In this document: positions 1 through 10,046 of the stretch, one piece after another | Layout of the letters: every line of letters starts with the position of its first letter | Numbering within the stretch: the first letter of the stretch is position 1 | Assembly (NCBI GenBank): GCA_014324065.1 | Contig: JACOMV010000017.1 | Span: 1-59,973, forward strand | Length of the DNA: 59,973 nucleotides | Direction of reading: 5' to 3' | Source: Hormoscilla sp. SP12CHS1 | Lineage (GTDB): Bacteria; Cyanobacteriota; Cyanobacteriia; Cyanobacteriales; Desertifilaceae | Notes under the pieces: model-generated | Told to the model about the DNA's origin: nothing | The model's database searches: none | What the model saw: only the letters and a program-made list of their open reading frames with translations | Program-made: the position numbers and the translations under genes

Positions 1-328
1 AGATACCTAAAATGCCCTTAAAACCAAACACCATAGATGCTAGGGTAGAAAACTACCAACAACTGATAGATGGCGTTACTTAAGCCAATAATTACGTTCG
101 TAGTAAGCACGAAGAGTGTTTCCGGGGCGCTTTAGCGCCTAGAGAGTCCAATTTTAGATAAAATGATGAGGGCCATAGATCGAGAAAGGCAGAGTGCGGA
201 GAGGAGCTCAGAGGGATTTTCCGTAGATACTAAGAGTTGTTCATTTGTCTTATTTTATCACTGACAATTTAGCCAACTTTTGACTAGCAGGCCCCGCCGT
301 ACAACATCAAGAACTGATCTCATAGCAC

Positions 329-661
329 GGGTGTGGTCATGATATCCTGGCCAAAAGGATTGCGCTGCGCGCACAGGCTACCCTGCGGGATCGACGCCGG
401 GAGATTACATAGTAGCGCGCGTAATACCTGGTTTTATTGTTACCTGTAATCAGGAATAATACAAAGCCAAAGGGGAGCCTTGATGATAGATTATATAGTA
501 GCGCGCGTAATACAGATTTTTATTGTTACCTGTAATCAGGAATAATACAAAAAAGCCAAAGGGTAGCCGCTTATAAACCAGTGAAATCGTCATAATTTTA
601 CCCTCGTTCCTACGGCTCTGCCTGGGAACGCGCGACTTACCAACTGGTTTTGACCACACCC
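329..661. mobile_element. MITE-like non-autonomous element (family C), about 333 bp, ends GGGTGTGGTCA ... TGACCACACCC
   Basis: Terminal inverted repeats at 329-339 and 651-661. Flanking 8-nt direct repeat CATAGCAC (321-328) / CATGGCAC (662-669) is a probable target-site duplication. No credible ORF. Same ends as the element at 13450-13826. Confidence 0.6.
402..568 (+). repeat. Two tandem units of about 80 bp (402-479 and 489-568, period 87 bp) inside the MITE
   Basis: Direct comparison: GATTAyATAGTAGCGCGCGTAATAC...TTATTGTTACCTGTAATCAGGAATAATACAAA..GCCAAAGGG.AGCC occurs twice. Confidence 0.75.
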
Positions 662-729
662 CATGGCACTGGTATCGGACTGGTACTGGTAACCGATCGG
701 AGATCGCTAACACTAGCCTATTATAGCAT

Positions 730-2649
730 CTATTCCGCTTCCGGATGGAAGTAATTGTAGATTGACTGGGCTAAATGGGGTCCAATGCCGTTAACTTCTG
801 CCAACTGTTGGGGCGTGGCCGCGCGGATATAGTCAATTGACAGAAAATGTCCTAGTAGTTGTTTTTGTCTCCCAAACCCTAATCCGGGAATCTCATCTAA
901 GTGCGATCGCTTCATTATCTCACTTCGTTGCTGTCGGTGAAAGCTGACAGCAAACCGGTGAGCTTCATCCCGCAGTCGCCTTAACAATTGTACTCCCGGT
1001 TGTTCTGGATCTGTCGCTAATGGTGCAGATTCTCCGGGCCGGAATATTTCTTCTCGCTGTTTCGCTAAACTGATAACAGGCAATTCTGCCATTAAGTTAA
1101 TTGTTTGTAATACTGATACTACGGCTGAGAGTTGTCCTTTCCCACCATCTATTATAACTAGATCGGGAAAGTCGGGATTGCCATGGCGCTGCAACTTTGG
1201 GTCTTCGACAAACTTGCGGAAGCGGCGTCTGATGACTTCGGCGAGACTGGCAAAGTCGTCGGAATGGCCTGGTTTGACTTCAGGATTCTCGATCTTATAA
1301 TGACGGTAATGCTGCTTGGCGGGCAATCCGTCAATAAACACAACTTGAGAGGCGATGGCATGCGCACCTTGGATGTGGGAGATGTCGTAACCTTCTAGGC
1401 GAACGCTGCGCGAAAAATCGGGCAATCCTGGCAAGTCCAGCAGGTCAGCTAAGTCTCGCAATGCTTGCCTGTTTCGTTCTCCCGCCTTTGCCATCCGTTC
1501 CACTTCATATTGGGCATTTCGGGCTACCATTTCTATCAGTTCAGCTTTGCTTTGCCGCTGGGGCACGATGATGCTGACTTTGCGACCTTTTCTGGCGCTC
1601 AAATAGTCTGCTAACATTTCTGCATCGGGTAATTCCTGCTGCACCAATATCTCGGCCGGAATTTCCACGGAGTCTGTATTTTGATAATGTTCTTCTAATA
1701 CCCGTTGTAAAATTTCTCCGACTGTGCCAGACTGAGGGTCAGCATTAAATCCTAACCTGCCTACCAGGTTCCCCCCACGCATTGGAAATAGCTGAATGCA
1801 GCAATGTTCGTTCCTCGCGGCGAGGGCGATCGCATCTCTGGATATGGTATCATCTGGTAGGGATACCTTCTGGTCGGCGTTCAGGGATTTAATCCCGGCA
1901 ATTTGGTCCCGCAGTTTAGCAGCAGTTTCAAAGCGCAAATCTGCTGCTGCTTGCTGCATCTGTGCGGTCAGCAGATCCACCAATTCTCCCGTCCTGCCCT
2001 GAAACACCATCGCGATTTTTTGCATAGTTTGGCGATATGTTTCCGGAGCAATTAGCTGCTGACAGACTCCCGGACATTTGCCCAGATCGTAATTCAAGCA
2101 AGTCCGGTCCTTAAACAGGGGTTGGGGACGTTGGCGCTGAGGAAAAATGCTCTTGACTATATCTAAGGTATTCCGTAATAGCTTCACATCCACGTAAGGA
2201 CCGTAGTATTTATTTTTCCGGTTACCCATGGGGCGTTTGCGGGTAATAAAGATGCGGGGATAATCTTCTGACCAAGTAATGCATAGGTAGGGATATTTCT
2301 TATCATCTTTTAGCAATACGTTAAAGTGAGGTTGGTGCTGCTTGATCAGATTTGCTTCTAATGCTAATGCTTCCGCTTCCGTGTCCGTGACGATGAATTC
2401 TATCTCGCTCACCTGGCGCACCATTAGCTGAATGCGAGGGCTGTGTTTTTGTCCCTCTCGGAAATAGGAACGGACCCGCGATCGCAGCTTCTTGGACTTG
2501 CCGATGTACAGCAGGCGCTCGCGGCTGCGCCTGCGCGAAAAATCGAGAGTATCCTTCATCAAATATACTCCCGGTTCTTGGGGAATTTCCTGAAGGCGCC
2601 TTGACAGGCGATCGGGGTCTTGGACTAGAGGTAGGGTAGGGGTTGTCAT
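730..2649 (-). CDS. uvrC: Excinuclease ABC subunit C (UvrC)
   Basis: 639-aa ORF. GIY-YIG N-terminus (PGVYLMKD...[17 protein letters not shown]), UvrBC motif region, EGYDISH endonuclease core and a C-terminal HhH ([13 protein letters not shown]). Confidence 0.95.
   Translation of the reverse strand: MTTPTLPLVQDPDRLSRRLQEIPQEPGVYLMKDTLDFSRRRSRERLLYIGKSKKLRSRVRSYFREGQKHSPRIQLMVRQVSEIEFIVTDTEAEALALEANLIKQHQPHFNVLLKDDKKYPYLCITWSEDYPRIFITRKRPMGNRKNKYYGPYVDVKLLRNTLDIVKSIFPQRQRPQPLFKDRTCLNYDLGKCPGVCQQLIAPETYRQTMQKIAMVFQGRTGELVDLLTAQMQQAAADLRFETAAKLRDQIAGIKSLNADQKVSLPDDTISRDAIALAARNEHCCIQLFPMRGGNLVGRLGFNADPQSGTVGEILQRVLEEHYQNTDSVEIPAEILVQQELPDAEMLADYLSARKGRKVSIIVPQRQSKAELIEMVARNAQYEVERMAKAGERNRQALRDLADLLDLPGLPDFSRSVRLEGYDISHIQGAHAIASQVVFIDGLPAKQHYRHYKIENPEVKPGHSDDFASLAEVIRRRFRKFVEDPKLQRHGNPDFPDLVIIDGGKGQLSAVVSVLQTINLMAELPVISLAKQREEIFRPGESAPLATDPEQPGVQLLRRLRDEAHRFAVSFHRQQRSEIMKRSHLDEIPGLGFGRQKQLLGHFLSIDYIRAATPQQLAEVNGIGPHLAQSIYNYFHPEAE
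1826..1833. repeat. HIP1 octamer palindrome GCGATCGC (one example of many in the window)
   Basis: Exact GCGATCGC. Other examples include 3463-3470. High frequency is typical of cyanobacteria. Confidence 0.9.
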
Positions 2650-2663
2650 GGGGTGTGGTCAAA
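2650..2663. repeat. Solo family-C MITE end (GGGGTGTGGTCAAA) abutting the uvrC start codon
   Basis: Same terminal sequence as 329-339 and 13450-13463. Followed by TTTTTACTGTTACTTGCAGTCAG, which resembles the internal unit at 515-540. No matching right end found before 2930. Confidence 0.5.
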
Positions 2664-2895
2664 TGGAACAGCTTGCGGCTTTCGGCAGGCCCGAAATAAT
2701 AATTTTTACTGTTACTTGCAGTCAGCCGATAGTTTTGTCTTGGGCGTTGTCCCGACCTCTTTTTGATAATTGCCATTTTTAATATATCGGTTAATTGGCA
2801 ATTGTCAAGGGGCTTGAGAAATATTTTTGAGTTTTTCGATGCCAAACCCTCATCTGGTCTTAATTTGAGAGAGGTTGAACAAAGTTCCAGATAAA

Positions 2896-2926
2896 GAAGG
2901 CCAGTTAGTTCGAGAAACTGGCCTTC
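2896..2926 (-). terminator. Hairpin terminator candidate downstream of the 2932-3621 ORF
   Basis: Perfect 11-bp stem GAAGGCCAGTT / AACTGGCCTTC with a 9-nt loop. On the minus strand it is followed by TTTATCT. Confidence 0.5.
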
Positions 2927-2931
2927 TGAAA

Positions 2932-3830
2932 TCAGCAAATATAAAACCCGATCGCCTGTATGGGGCCGACACACATCCCAAAAATTACTGCGGTAATTGC
3001 TATTGAGTATACCCCTTTTACGTCTAGAGAAAATCTTTGAATTGATATTTGAGCCCGCACTAATTCTTGAATTGCGCTGTGGACTAGATAGCTTAACGAA
3101 GTTAAAGGAAATCTAACTTGCAATAAATTTTCCATCATATTGTTTTCCGAAACGAACCGATCGGCTAAAACTGCTAGGGCAAACATAATAATGATACCCA
3201 AGCAACTAAATGTAACTCCATACAATGTAACTCCATCCAATATCGATTTTTTAAGTTTTTTTGTTGTTACTCCTACCTCTTTTATAGATATTTTAATCTT
3301 TTTTACTGCTACTAACCAATAAAAAAATAAGGCATGAATAATAAATATCCAGCTCAAAAAATCCGGATTATAATCCGGAAACCATTCTTTGATGCCTACG
3401 TTAACAATAGTACTCAAAAACAACATCACTATCAAAGATACAAAAAAATAGCCGAAATTATTGCGATCGCGCAGTTCTTCAATACGCTTTTGCATGGCGA
3501 CAATATGTCTATCGCTTAAGTACCGCAGATACTCATTGACTTGATAATTAATTGCGGCTCCGAGAATGCTGATAATTTCTCGCCCATCGGCAACCTGTTC
3601 CAGTAGTTTTTGTTTTGGCAAAACATAAATCTGGCTCGCGAACCATCAACAAAGGACATTTATCCAAAACTTTGCCCCGGCAACATCTCTTTGAACTTAA
3701 TATCTTTCTGAGTATTTTGTTCCCTTTTGGATAGTGCACTTTTCCCGAGCGCAAAAAATAAATATCGTCAGTATCTTCTCCCTCTCGAATGTTGCCACCA
3801 ACTCAGGCCAAACCGAGGGTCGGGGTAAAG
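2932..3830 (-). pseudogene. Disrupted gene for a cyclic-nucleotide-binding domain fused to a CPBP-like membrane domain
   Basis: Upstream of the 229-aa multi-TM ORF, three frames carry pieces of a cNMP-binding domain (IREGEDTDDIYFLRSGKV / LPGQSFG-stop-MSFVDGS / RASQIYVLPKQKLLEQ). That implies at least two frameshifts and a TAA stop. The membrane part has a degenerate EExxxR-like motif (QELVRA). Confidence 0.55.
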
Positions 3831-4074
3831 CTTGATTATTATTATGCCAGGGCCGAGTAATGTCTTGCTGACAAAAAGATTATTGCGGCATGATCGGCAT
3901 TAGGCCAGATCGAGGGGGCTATCGATCTTTCCCACTATAGCACAGAGCGCGCTAGTCGCTCCTCACACTGGTAAATTTAGGATCGTATTGATGATTTTCC
4001 GGCGAACGCTGCGCGAAAAATCGAGTCTGCCAAAAGTTGTTAGTTGTGGGTTGTTATTGACCACTGACCACAGT

Positions 4075-5175
4075 CTAGAGTACGAGTGTTGCATAATTGT
4101 CGATCGCCTGGGGAGTGCCATCCGGGCCCATGGCGCTAAAACTTTCGAAGTAGGCGCGGGTAGCTGGGGGGAAGTGGGGGAAGTTAAACATGGCGTCGCC
4201 ATTGGCAATATCGGCCCAGAAATAGCGCAGGCTGCTAACTAACTCCTTAGCCTGCTGGAGTGGTAAACTAGAAGGTGGCTGGATCAGCAGTTTCAGCAGG
4301 AAGGGATGGGAGCGATCGCCGATCCATTCTCGCGAAGTTTGGGCCAGGGTTGGCCAACCGGGTACTGCTTCTATCCGATGTGACTCCACGCGCAACTGCT
4401 TTCTACCTCGGTCATCCATCTGGAAATGCAAGATGCGGTAGGGATGAGGATAGCTAACCAGAGAACCTGTGGTAATCTCATAGATGCCCCGATCGCAGGC
4501 AATATCCTGAACGTGCAAATGTCCTGTAAATATTAGCTGCACCCCAGCATTTCGCAGCAGCTGCAATAGCACGGGCCCATTATCCAACATATAGCGACGC
4601 CCCAGCTGATGGCTAGATTGATGAGGCAAATGATCCATGACATTATGATGTATCATCACCATTACCAATTCTTCTCTAGCCGATGCCAAAACTCCCTTCA
4701 ACCAAGTCAGCTGGGCGTCATCCATATATCCTAACTGTTTTCCCTCGGGGTCAAACTGGTTAGAATTGAGCCCAATTAGCCGCACTCCGGGCAGGATTTC
4801 ACAGGTGTAATAAAGGCGATCGGGGTTTTCATAGCCACATTTACCGTAATAATGGGAAAAATCATTAAGCCCGATCGAATGTCCGTCTTTCTGGGGCACT
4901 GGGACATCATGATTGCCAGGGACAACGTAGACTGGATAAGGCAGCTGGGCCAAGCGCTGTTGTAACCACGCATGGTTTTCTGATTCCCCATGCTGGGTTA
5001 AGTCTCCCGGTAACAGCAGAACATCTAGATCCAGCTGTTCCAGATGTTCTAAGATGATCTCTAAGACTGGGATAGACACCTCCACTAGATGAAACCGGTT
5101 AGGATTGTCCCAGATAGTATGGGGGAGTGCGATATGTAGATCGCTGACAATAGCAAAGCGAAAATTTAGTCTCAT
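4075..5175 (-). CDS. Calcineurin-like metallophosphoesterase
   Basis: Motifs DLH, GDLTQHG, GNHD, HHN and GHLH. Start placed at the internal ATG (MRLNFRFAIVSDLH) because the longer ORF would overlap trmB. Confidence 0.8.
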   Translation of the reverse strand: MRLNFRFAIVSDLHIALPHTIWDNPNRFHLVEVSIPVLEIILEHLEQLDLDVLLLPGDLTQHGESENHAWLQQRLAQLPYPVYVVPGNHDVPVPQKDGHSIGLNDFSHYYGKCGYENPDRLYYTCEILPGVRLIGLNSNQFDPEGKQLGYMDDAQLTWLKGVLASAREELVMVMIHHNVMDHLPHQSSHQLGRRYMLDNGPVLLQLLRNAGVQLIFTGHLHVQDIACDRGIYEITTGSLVSYPHPYRILHFQMDDRGRKQLRVESHRIEAVPGWPTLAQTSREWIGDRSHPFLLKLLIQPPSSLPLQQAKELVSSLRYFWADIANGDAMFNFPHFPPATRAYFESFSAMGPDGTPQAIDNYATLVL

Positions 5176-5259
5176 ATGCCAATTCCCTTGATGCTGACAG
5201 TAAACAAGGCACTCATACTTCGATTTTAAAGGAAAAATTAAATTATGGAGGGATGAACT

Positions 5260-5985
5260 TTGGTACGAGTGCGAGTCCGCCAACATGTCAACCCACTCAG
5301 CCACAAATATCAGATGCCAGTCCTTCCTCCCGATTGGCGTCAGGTTTATGCCTCACGCCATCAACCCCTACTTTTAGATATTGGCTGCGCTAGGGGGCGG
5401 TTTTTACTGAAGATGGCTCAGCTGCAACCGGATTGGAACTTTCTGGGCTTGGAAATTCGTGAACCGCTGGTCTTGGAAGCAAATGAGTTGCGATCGCAGT
5501 TAGGTTTAACCAATCTCCATTATCTCTTTATCAATGTCAATAACGAGTTGCAGCCACTGCTAAAATCTTTTCCATCTGGGGCCTTACAGCGGGTGACGAT
5601 CCAATTTCCCGACCCCTGGTTCAAAAATCGGCACAGGAAACGCCGGATGGTACAGCCACAGTTGGTAGCTGACTTGGCCCCACACCTCGCTATTGGAGGA
5701 GATGTATTCCTTCAGTCAGATCTGGAGTCCGTCGCCGGGCTAATGCGCGATCGCTTTTCCGAACATCCTGCTTTTATTCAAGTTACCTCCTCCCCCACCC
5801 CCACCCTAAAGGGTGGGGCTACAGGAACGAAGCCCGCCTGCGCGGGCTATATCACGAACCTTGAGGAAAATGGGATGCACAACTGGCTAGCAGAAAACCC
5901 TCTACCAGTCCCCACGGAACGGGAAATTGCTACTCTGGCAGGTGGCACACCTGTTTATCGCGCTTTGTTTGTCAGAAAGCAGTAA
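5260..5985 (+). CDS. trmB: tRNA (guanine-N7)-methyltransferase TrmB, with an in-frame repeat insertion
   Basis: MVRVRVRQHVNPLS N-terminus, LDIGCARGRF SAM motif, FPDPWFKNRH and PVPTEREI...PVYRALF C-terminus. TTG start. Confidence 0.9.
   Translation: MVRVRVRQHVNPLSHKYQMPVLPPDWRQVYASRHQPLLLDIGCARGRFLLKMAQLQPDWNFLGLEIREPLVLEANELRSQLGLTNLHYLFINVNNELQPLLKSFPSGALQRVTIQFPDPWFKNRHRKRRMVQPQLVADLAPHLAIGGDVFLQSDLESVAGLMRDRFSEHPAFIQVTSSPTPTLKGGATGTKPACAGYITNLEENGMHNWLAENPLPVPTEREIATLAGGTPVYRALFVRKQ
5788..5850 (+). repeat. Family-A two-hairpin repeat copy inside trmB
   Basis: CACCCTAAAGGGTG (5802-5815), then GCTACAGGAACGAAG, then AGCCCGCCTGCGCGGGCT (5831-5848). Nearly identical to the reverse-strand copy at 8621-8694. 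Confidence 0.85.
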
Positions 5986-6000
5986 AGGAAATGATTTTCT

Positions 6001-6663
6001 GTCAAGTCCCCTGGGATAAGAGCTCTGGCAGAGATATCGAAGGCGATCGAGACTTTAATATTAATCTGCTTTTCAGTCGAATATATACTCCGACTCTGGT
6101 GTGCAGAACGGAAAATCAAGTATTTGTTCTCAATCTATTCCTTAATTGATTTGGTCGTGATTCTACCCTTTTTCTTGGGAATAATAGATGTCAGTTTTAT
6201 CCTCGTATTTCGCTGGTTGCGTATCTTGCATATGATGCGGTTTATTACTAGCAAAAATTAGTTGGGCATCATCAATCAAGAAGATGGCGTAATTTTGGCC
6301 CGGATTTTCTTTACCTTATTCGCAATTATATTTATTTACTCTGGGTTTATTTATCGAATAGAACATGCGGTAAATGCGGAAGCATTTAGGACATTCTTCG
6401 ATGCCGTTTATTTCTCGCTCGTGACCATGACAACAGTAGGATTTGGTGATATCACCCCCATATCAGAAGGGGGACGCTGGATGACATTATTTATGATTTT
6501 AACAGGAATTGCCTTGATTCCCTGGCAGGTGGGAGATTTGATTAAACAATTAGTCAAAACTGCCGATCGCGTAGAAATGCCTTGTCCCGGTTGCGGCTTG
6601 TATTTTCATGATGCTGATGCTAAATTCTGCAAACGTTGTGGCACAAAGATAGAAAAATTTTAG
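6001..6663 (+). pseudogene. Kv-like ion channel remnant: S2-S4 region, in-frame TAG, then pore module plus zinc ribbon
   Basis: Frame open from 5995 encodes VEYILRLW...IDLVVILPFF...RWLRILHMMRF (S4-like), then TAG at 6259-6261. The listed 133-aa ORF follows, with a TVGFGD filter and CPGC..CKRC. S1 is absent because trmB ends at 5985. Confidence 0.6.
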
Positions 6664-6826
6664 AATTGAGAATTGTTTATTCACGTCCATTGTCCATTTC
6701 AAGTTTGACTGGGTTGCCAACTTATATTATATGTTATAACATGATGATAGCGCAGGCCTAGCCGTGTGTTCGCAGGCATATCCTAGTAAGAGGCTCTGCA
6801 GAACAATCAACGACGAACAAGCAACG

Positions 6827-8038
6827 ATGAACATAGTAGATTTACAGCTAGATTATAGTATATTCAGAGAACCAGAAACCATTAAATATCGGCTGATAGA
6901 CCTGTTCTCAGGGGCAGGGGGGATGACCATAGGATTTACAGATGCGCGATTTGGCGGCGGATTTAAGAGTATCCTGGCTATAGACAATAATCGGTCTGCT
7001 ATAGCAACTTATAAGGCTAATCTTGATAGCAAAAACGCGGTCTTGGCCGATCTAGAAGAATGGCTAGCTGAAAAACCAGAAATTCCTAAAGCAGATGTGA
7101 TTGTTGGCGGGATCCCATGTCAGGGTTTCAGCAGACTGAACAGAAAGCGAGAAGGCGATCGCCGTCGGACCCTCTGGCAACCATTCATGCAGGTGGTAAA
7201 AGCTTCCCAGGCATTGGTGTTTGTTATAGAAAATGTGCCAGATATTTTACGATCGGATGAGTTTAAGCAAATCACTGATTGTGCAGCTTCCTTGGGGTTT
7301 AATATCGTTGCTGATGTGCTCAATTCCGCCAATTATGGCGTACCGCAAACTCGCAAACGGGCAGTGATTATCGGTTGGCAGTCAAATATCCGATCTCCTA
7401 AATTCCCGCCGAAACCTACCCATGGGAATAATTGGCTGACTTTACGGGACGCAATTGGTGATTTACCGGAACCAGAAGGAACAAATATCCGCCCAGTTGA
7501 CCCACCTCTAGATTTACATTTTGGACGCAATCCCACGGATAAAAGTATAGCACGTTACCAAGCTGTGCCGCCAGGAGGCAACCGTTTTGACCTGCTCAAA
7601 AATGCCCCGGAGTTGAGTCCACCTTGCTGGGTGAACCCAACTTATCAGGGTACAGATCTCTTCGGTCGCTTATGGTGGGATAGACCTTCAGTAACTATTA
7701 GAACTGAATTCTTTAAGCCAGAAAAAGGACGCTATCTCCATCCGGAAAAACATCGGCCTATTACTCACCGGGAGGCGGCAAGATTGATGGGGTTCCCAGA
7801 TGACTTTCGGTTTATGGGCAGCAAGACCGCGATCGCCCGACAGCTTGGTAACGCCGTCCCCCCTCCCCTCGCAGGCGTGATCGCTAAAACTATCCGCAGC
7901 ATGTTAGATTGTACGGGAAATAGGCGATCGCTAATTGCTAATTGCCACGAACCATCTCAATTTAAGGAATTCACTCCAAAAGTATGCCGAAGCGACTATC
8001 TTTGTGGGACCGGAAATTTTGCTGCTGGATATCTGTAG
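6827..8038 (+). CDS. DNA (cytosine-5)-methyltransferase, apparently orphan
   Basis: Motifs FSGAGG (I), GGIPCQGFS (IV), ENV (VI), QTRKR (VIII) and GNAVPP (X). Start set at MNIVDLQ. No adjacent endonuclease candidate. Confidence 0.85.
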   Translation: MNIVDLQLDYSIFREPETIKYRLIDLFSGAGGMTIGFTDARFGGGFKSILAIDNNRSAIATYKANLDSKNAVLADLEEWLAEKPEIPKADVIVGGIPCQGFSRLNRKREGDRRRTLWQPFMQVVKASQALVFVIENVPDILRSDEFKQITDCAASLGFNIVADVLNSANYGVPQTRKRAVIIGWQSNIRSPKFPPKPTHGNNWLTLRDAIGDLPEPEGTNIRPVDPPLDLHFGRNPTDKSIARYQAVPPGGNRFDLLKNAPELSPPCWVNPTYQGTDLFGRLWWDRPSVTIRTEFFKPEKGRYLHPEKHRPITHREAARLMGFPDDFRFMGSKTAIARQLGNAVPPPLAGVIAKTIRSMLDCTGNRRSLIANCHEPSQFKEFTPKVCRSDYLCGTGNFAAGYL

Positions 8039-8615
8039 ATAAGCGCAAATGGGGGGTAATGGCATAGCCAAAAGACAAGGTAGCGATCCCCACCTCGGCA
8101 TCGCTACCGAGAGAGACAAAACTCTGAGTTAAAGCAATATCCGCACCGCCACCCCGAGAGGGAACTAACAATAAACGCAAACCGATATTAATGCCATCCC
8201 TGGCATCAGCATCAGTTTCCAGATGGCGATATCCTACCACCGGTGCGATATTGATGTAACTCCCTAAAGGACGCAGGTAGTAACGTAAGTCCGCACCGTA
8301 AGAAGTGCGATCGCTCGTACCATAATAATCTGCACTGATAGTTAACCCGCTGCGTCCGATAAACAGATCCTCAATACCAAAATTAAATCCAGCAGCATCA
8401 TCAGAGTCAGGAAACAGAGAATAACCCAGGCGCAGGCGAGTGGGAAAACTGGGGTCATGTTTAATGTCCGACCAGACAGAAGGTACCTGATGCTGCCAAC
8501 GCTGTAAAACAGGACTGGACTCGATTATTTCTGGACTTAAGTCTAAGTCGGACGGTGTCTGGGGTTGACACCAAGCTGGGGCTGCTGCCAGAAGTATACT
8601 CAGACTCGTTACCAA
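7971..8615 (-). CDS. Hypothetical secreted or outer-membrane-like protein
   Basis: 214-aa ORF with a hydrophobic N-terminus (LSILLAAAPAWC) and alternating beta-strand-like composition. No recognised motif. TTG start. Confidence 0.4.
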   Translation of the reverse strand: MVTSLSILLAAAPAWCQPQTPSDLDLSPEIIESSPVLQRWQHQVPSVWSDIKHDPSFPTRLRLGYSLFPDSDDAAGFNFGIEDLFIGRSGLTISADYYGTSDRTSYGADLRYYLRPLGSYINIAPVVGYRHLETDADARDGINIGLRLLLVPSRGGGADIALTQSFVSLGSDAEVGIATLSFGYAITPHLRLSTDIQQQNFRSHKDSRFGILLE

Positions 8616-8620
8616 CTTCA

Positions 8621-8694
8621 GTAGCCCGCGCAGGCGGGCTTTGTTCCTGTAGCCTCACCCTTTAGGGTGTGGGTGTGTGGGTGTGTGGGTGTGG
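8621..8694 (-). repeat. Family-A two-hairpin repeat copy with an 8-bp tandem array
   Basis: AGCCCGCGCAGGCGGGCT (8623-8640), CACCCTTTAGGGTG (8656-8669), then TGGGTGTG about three times (8669-8694). Confidence 0.85.
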
Positions 8695-8722
8695 TTGAAT
8701 GATGGTTCCGACGGAGGATAAA

Positions 8723-9799
8723 TTAGCGCACCGTACCTTCGAGATGAGTAACATTAATCGGCTTCATCAAATACAGGCGCAGGAACTGCCAGCCATTAGA
8801 GATATAATGAGGTAGCTTCTGAATCGATTGCAGGAACTTGGGAGTCTTGGATTTCACAATTTCCGTCAGTTTTTCATTAGTCTTGACGCAAACTTCCAGG
8901 CGGCGATAGAATTCGGGATTCTGCACATCCAGGATGATGGGGAACACCCGCCCCGCCGTCTCATTAGTCTTGTCAATCACGAGCTTATCATATTCTCGCG
9001 CATTCAGCCCGATCGAGGCATAGAAGTCAGCCCGCTGCACATCATTAAGATACATGGTCACGAACACCGAGAGGAGGAAGAACCGACACCAAAGCCGCGC
9101 CTTCAAATCATTAAGAATCTGGGGTTGGGCCCGCATCACCGCATCAAAGAAGTCTCCGTGGCGGTTTTCATCCTGACACCAATTTTCAAAGAATCGGAAA
9201 ATCGGATAAATTCGGTTTTCCGGATGGGCTTCCAGGTGGCGATAAATCGTGATATACCGCCAATAGCCAATCTTCTCGGACAGGTAAGTGGCGTAGAAAA
9301 TAAACTTGGGCTTAAAGAAAGTATACTTATGATTCTTCGTCAGGAATCCCAAATCCAGCGCCAGATTGAAATCTGACATCGCCTTATTCAGGAAACCCGC
9401 GTGACGGGCCTCATCCCGGGACATCAGATTAAAGCATTCCGCCAGCACCGGATTTTTCTTTTTGATCCGGCGTCCCAGTTCCTTATAGAGTAGGAAACCA
9501 GAGAACTCCGCCGTGCAGGAACGCTCCAGAAACTCCACGAATAACCGGCGAGTCTCCCCGTCCAGATGGTCCCAAGATTGTTCGAACTCCGCATCCCGAA
9601 CGAAGTGATGGCGATTGTAATCAGCCCGGAACTCCTCTAATATAGCTCTGAGTTCCGCCTCGTTCACCGAGATATCCATTTTTTCCATCTCGTCGAAGTC
9701 TGTGGTGTAGAACCGAGGCGTCAGGATCGTTTCCTTAGCTGGGGCTTTGATCCCAGGTCGGATTTCTTCAAATACTGGTTTTTCAGCTGCTTGTACCAT
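8723..9799 (-). CDS. acsF: Mg-protoporphyrin IX monomethyl ester oxidative cyclase (AcsF/ChlA)
   Basis: Start at [12 protein letters not shown] gives 358 aa. Di-iron motifs ([29 protein letters not shown]). Confidence 0.92.
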   Translation of the reverse strand: MVQAAEKPVFEEIRPGIKAPAKETILTPRFYTTDFDEMEKMDISVNEAELRAILEEFRADYNRHHFVRDAEFEQSWDHLDGETRRLFVEFLERSCTAEFSGFLLYKELGRRIKKKNPVLAECFNLMSRDEARHAGFLNKAMSDFNLALDLGFLTKNHKYTFFKPKFIFYATYLSEKIGYWRYITIYRHLEAHPENRIYPIFRFFENWCQDENRHGDFFDAVMRAQPQILNDLKARLWCRFFLLSVFVTMYLNDVQRADFYASIGLNAREYDKLVIDKTNETAGRVFPIILDVQNPEFYRRLEVCVKTNEKLTEIVKSKTPKFLQSIQKLPHYISNGWQFLRLYLMKPINVTHLEGTVR

Positions 9800-10046
9800 A
9801 AGTTTGTCTACTCCTATTGTTATCGCTGTGTCCCCTATGCATGTGCGAGTACGATGTCTGGTTTGCTGCCTGGTCTCCCGGGTAGTGCTTTTAGGAGTCG
9901 GGAGATACCTCGCCTCCGGGGACACATCTGCCGCTGCGGAAGCCACATACTCGAGTCTACCAAGGTTTTCCAGCAGTGCAAGCCCCTATTTGCGTTAATA
10001 TTTGCAACGCCACATTAAGTTTTGTAACAAAATGTTCTTCTGTGTA

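Noticed and set aside
648-2663. uvrC bracketed by inverted GGGGTGTGGTCAAA sequences, considered as a composite mobile unit
   Set aside because: The left sequence is the right end of a complete MITE (329-661) with its own flank duplication. The right one is a solo end. uvrC is a core gene with no transposase nearby.
2321-2974. Long ORFs overlapping or antisense to recognised genes (2321-2974, 21883-22473, 56408-57097, 8828-9376, 35193-35591, 50320-50784)
   Set aside because: Each overlaps a strongly supported gene in another frame or strand and lacks motifs. They are treated as spurious.
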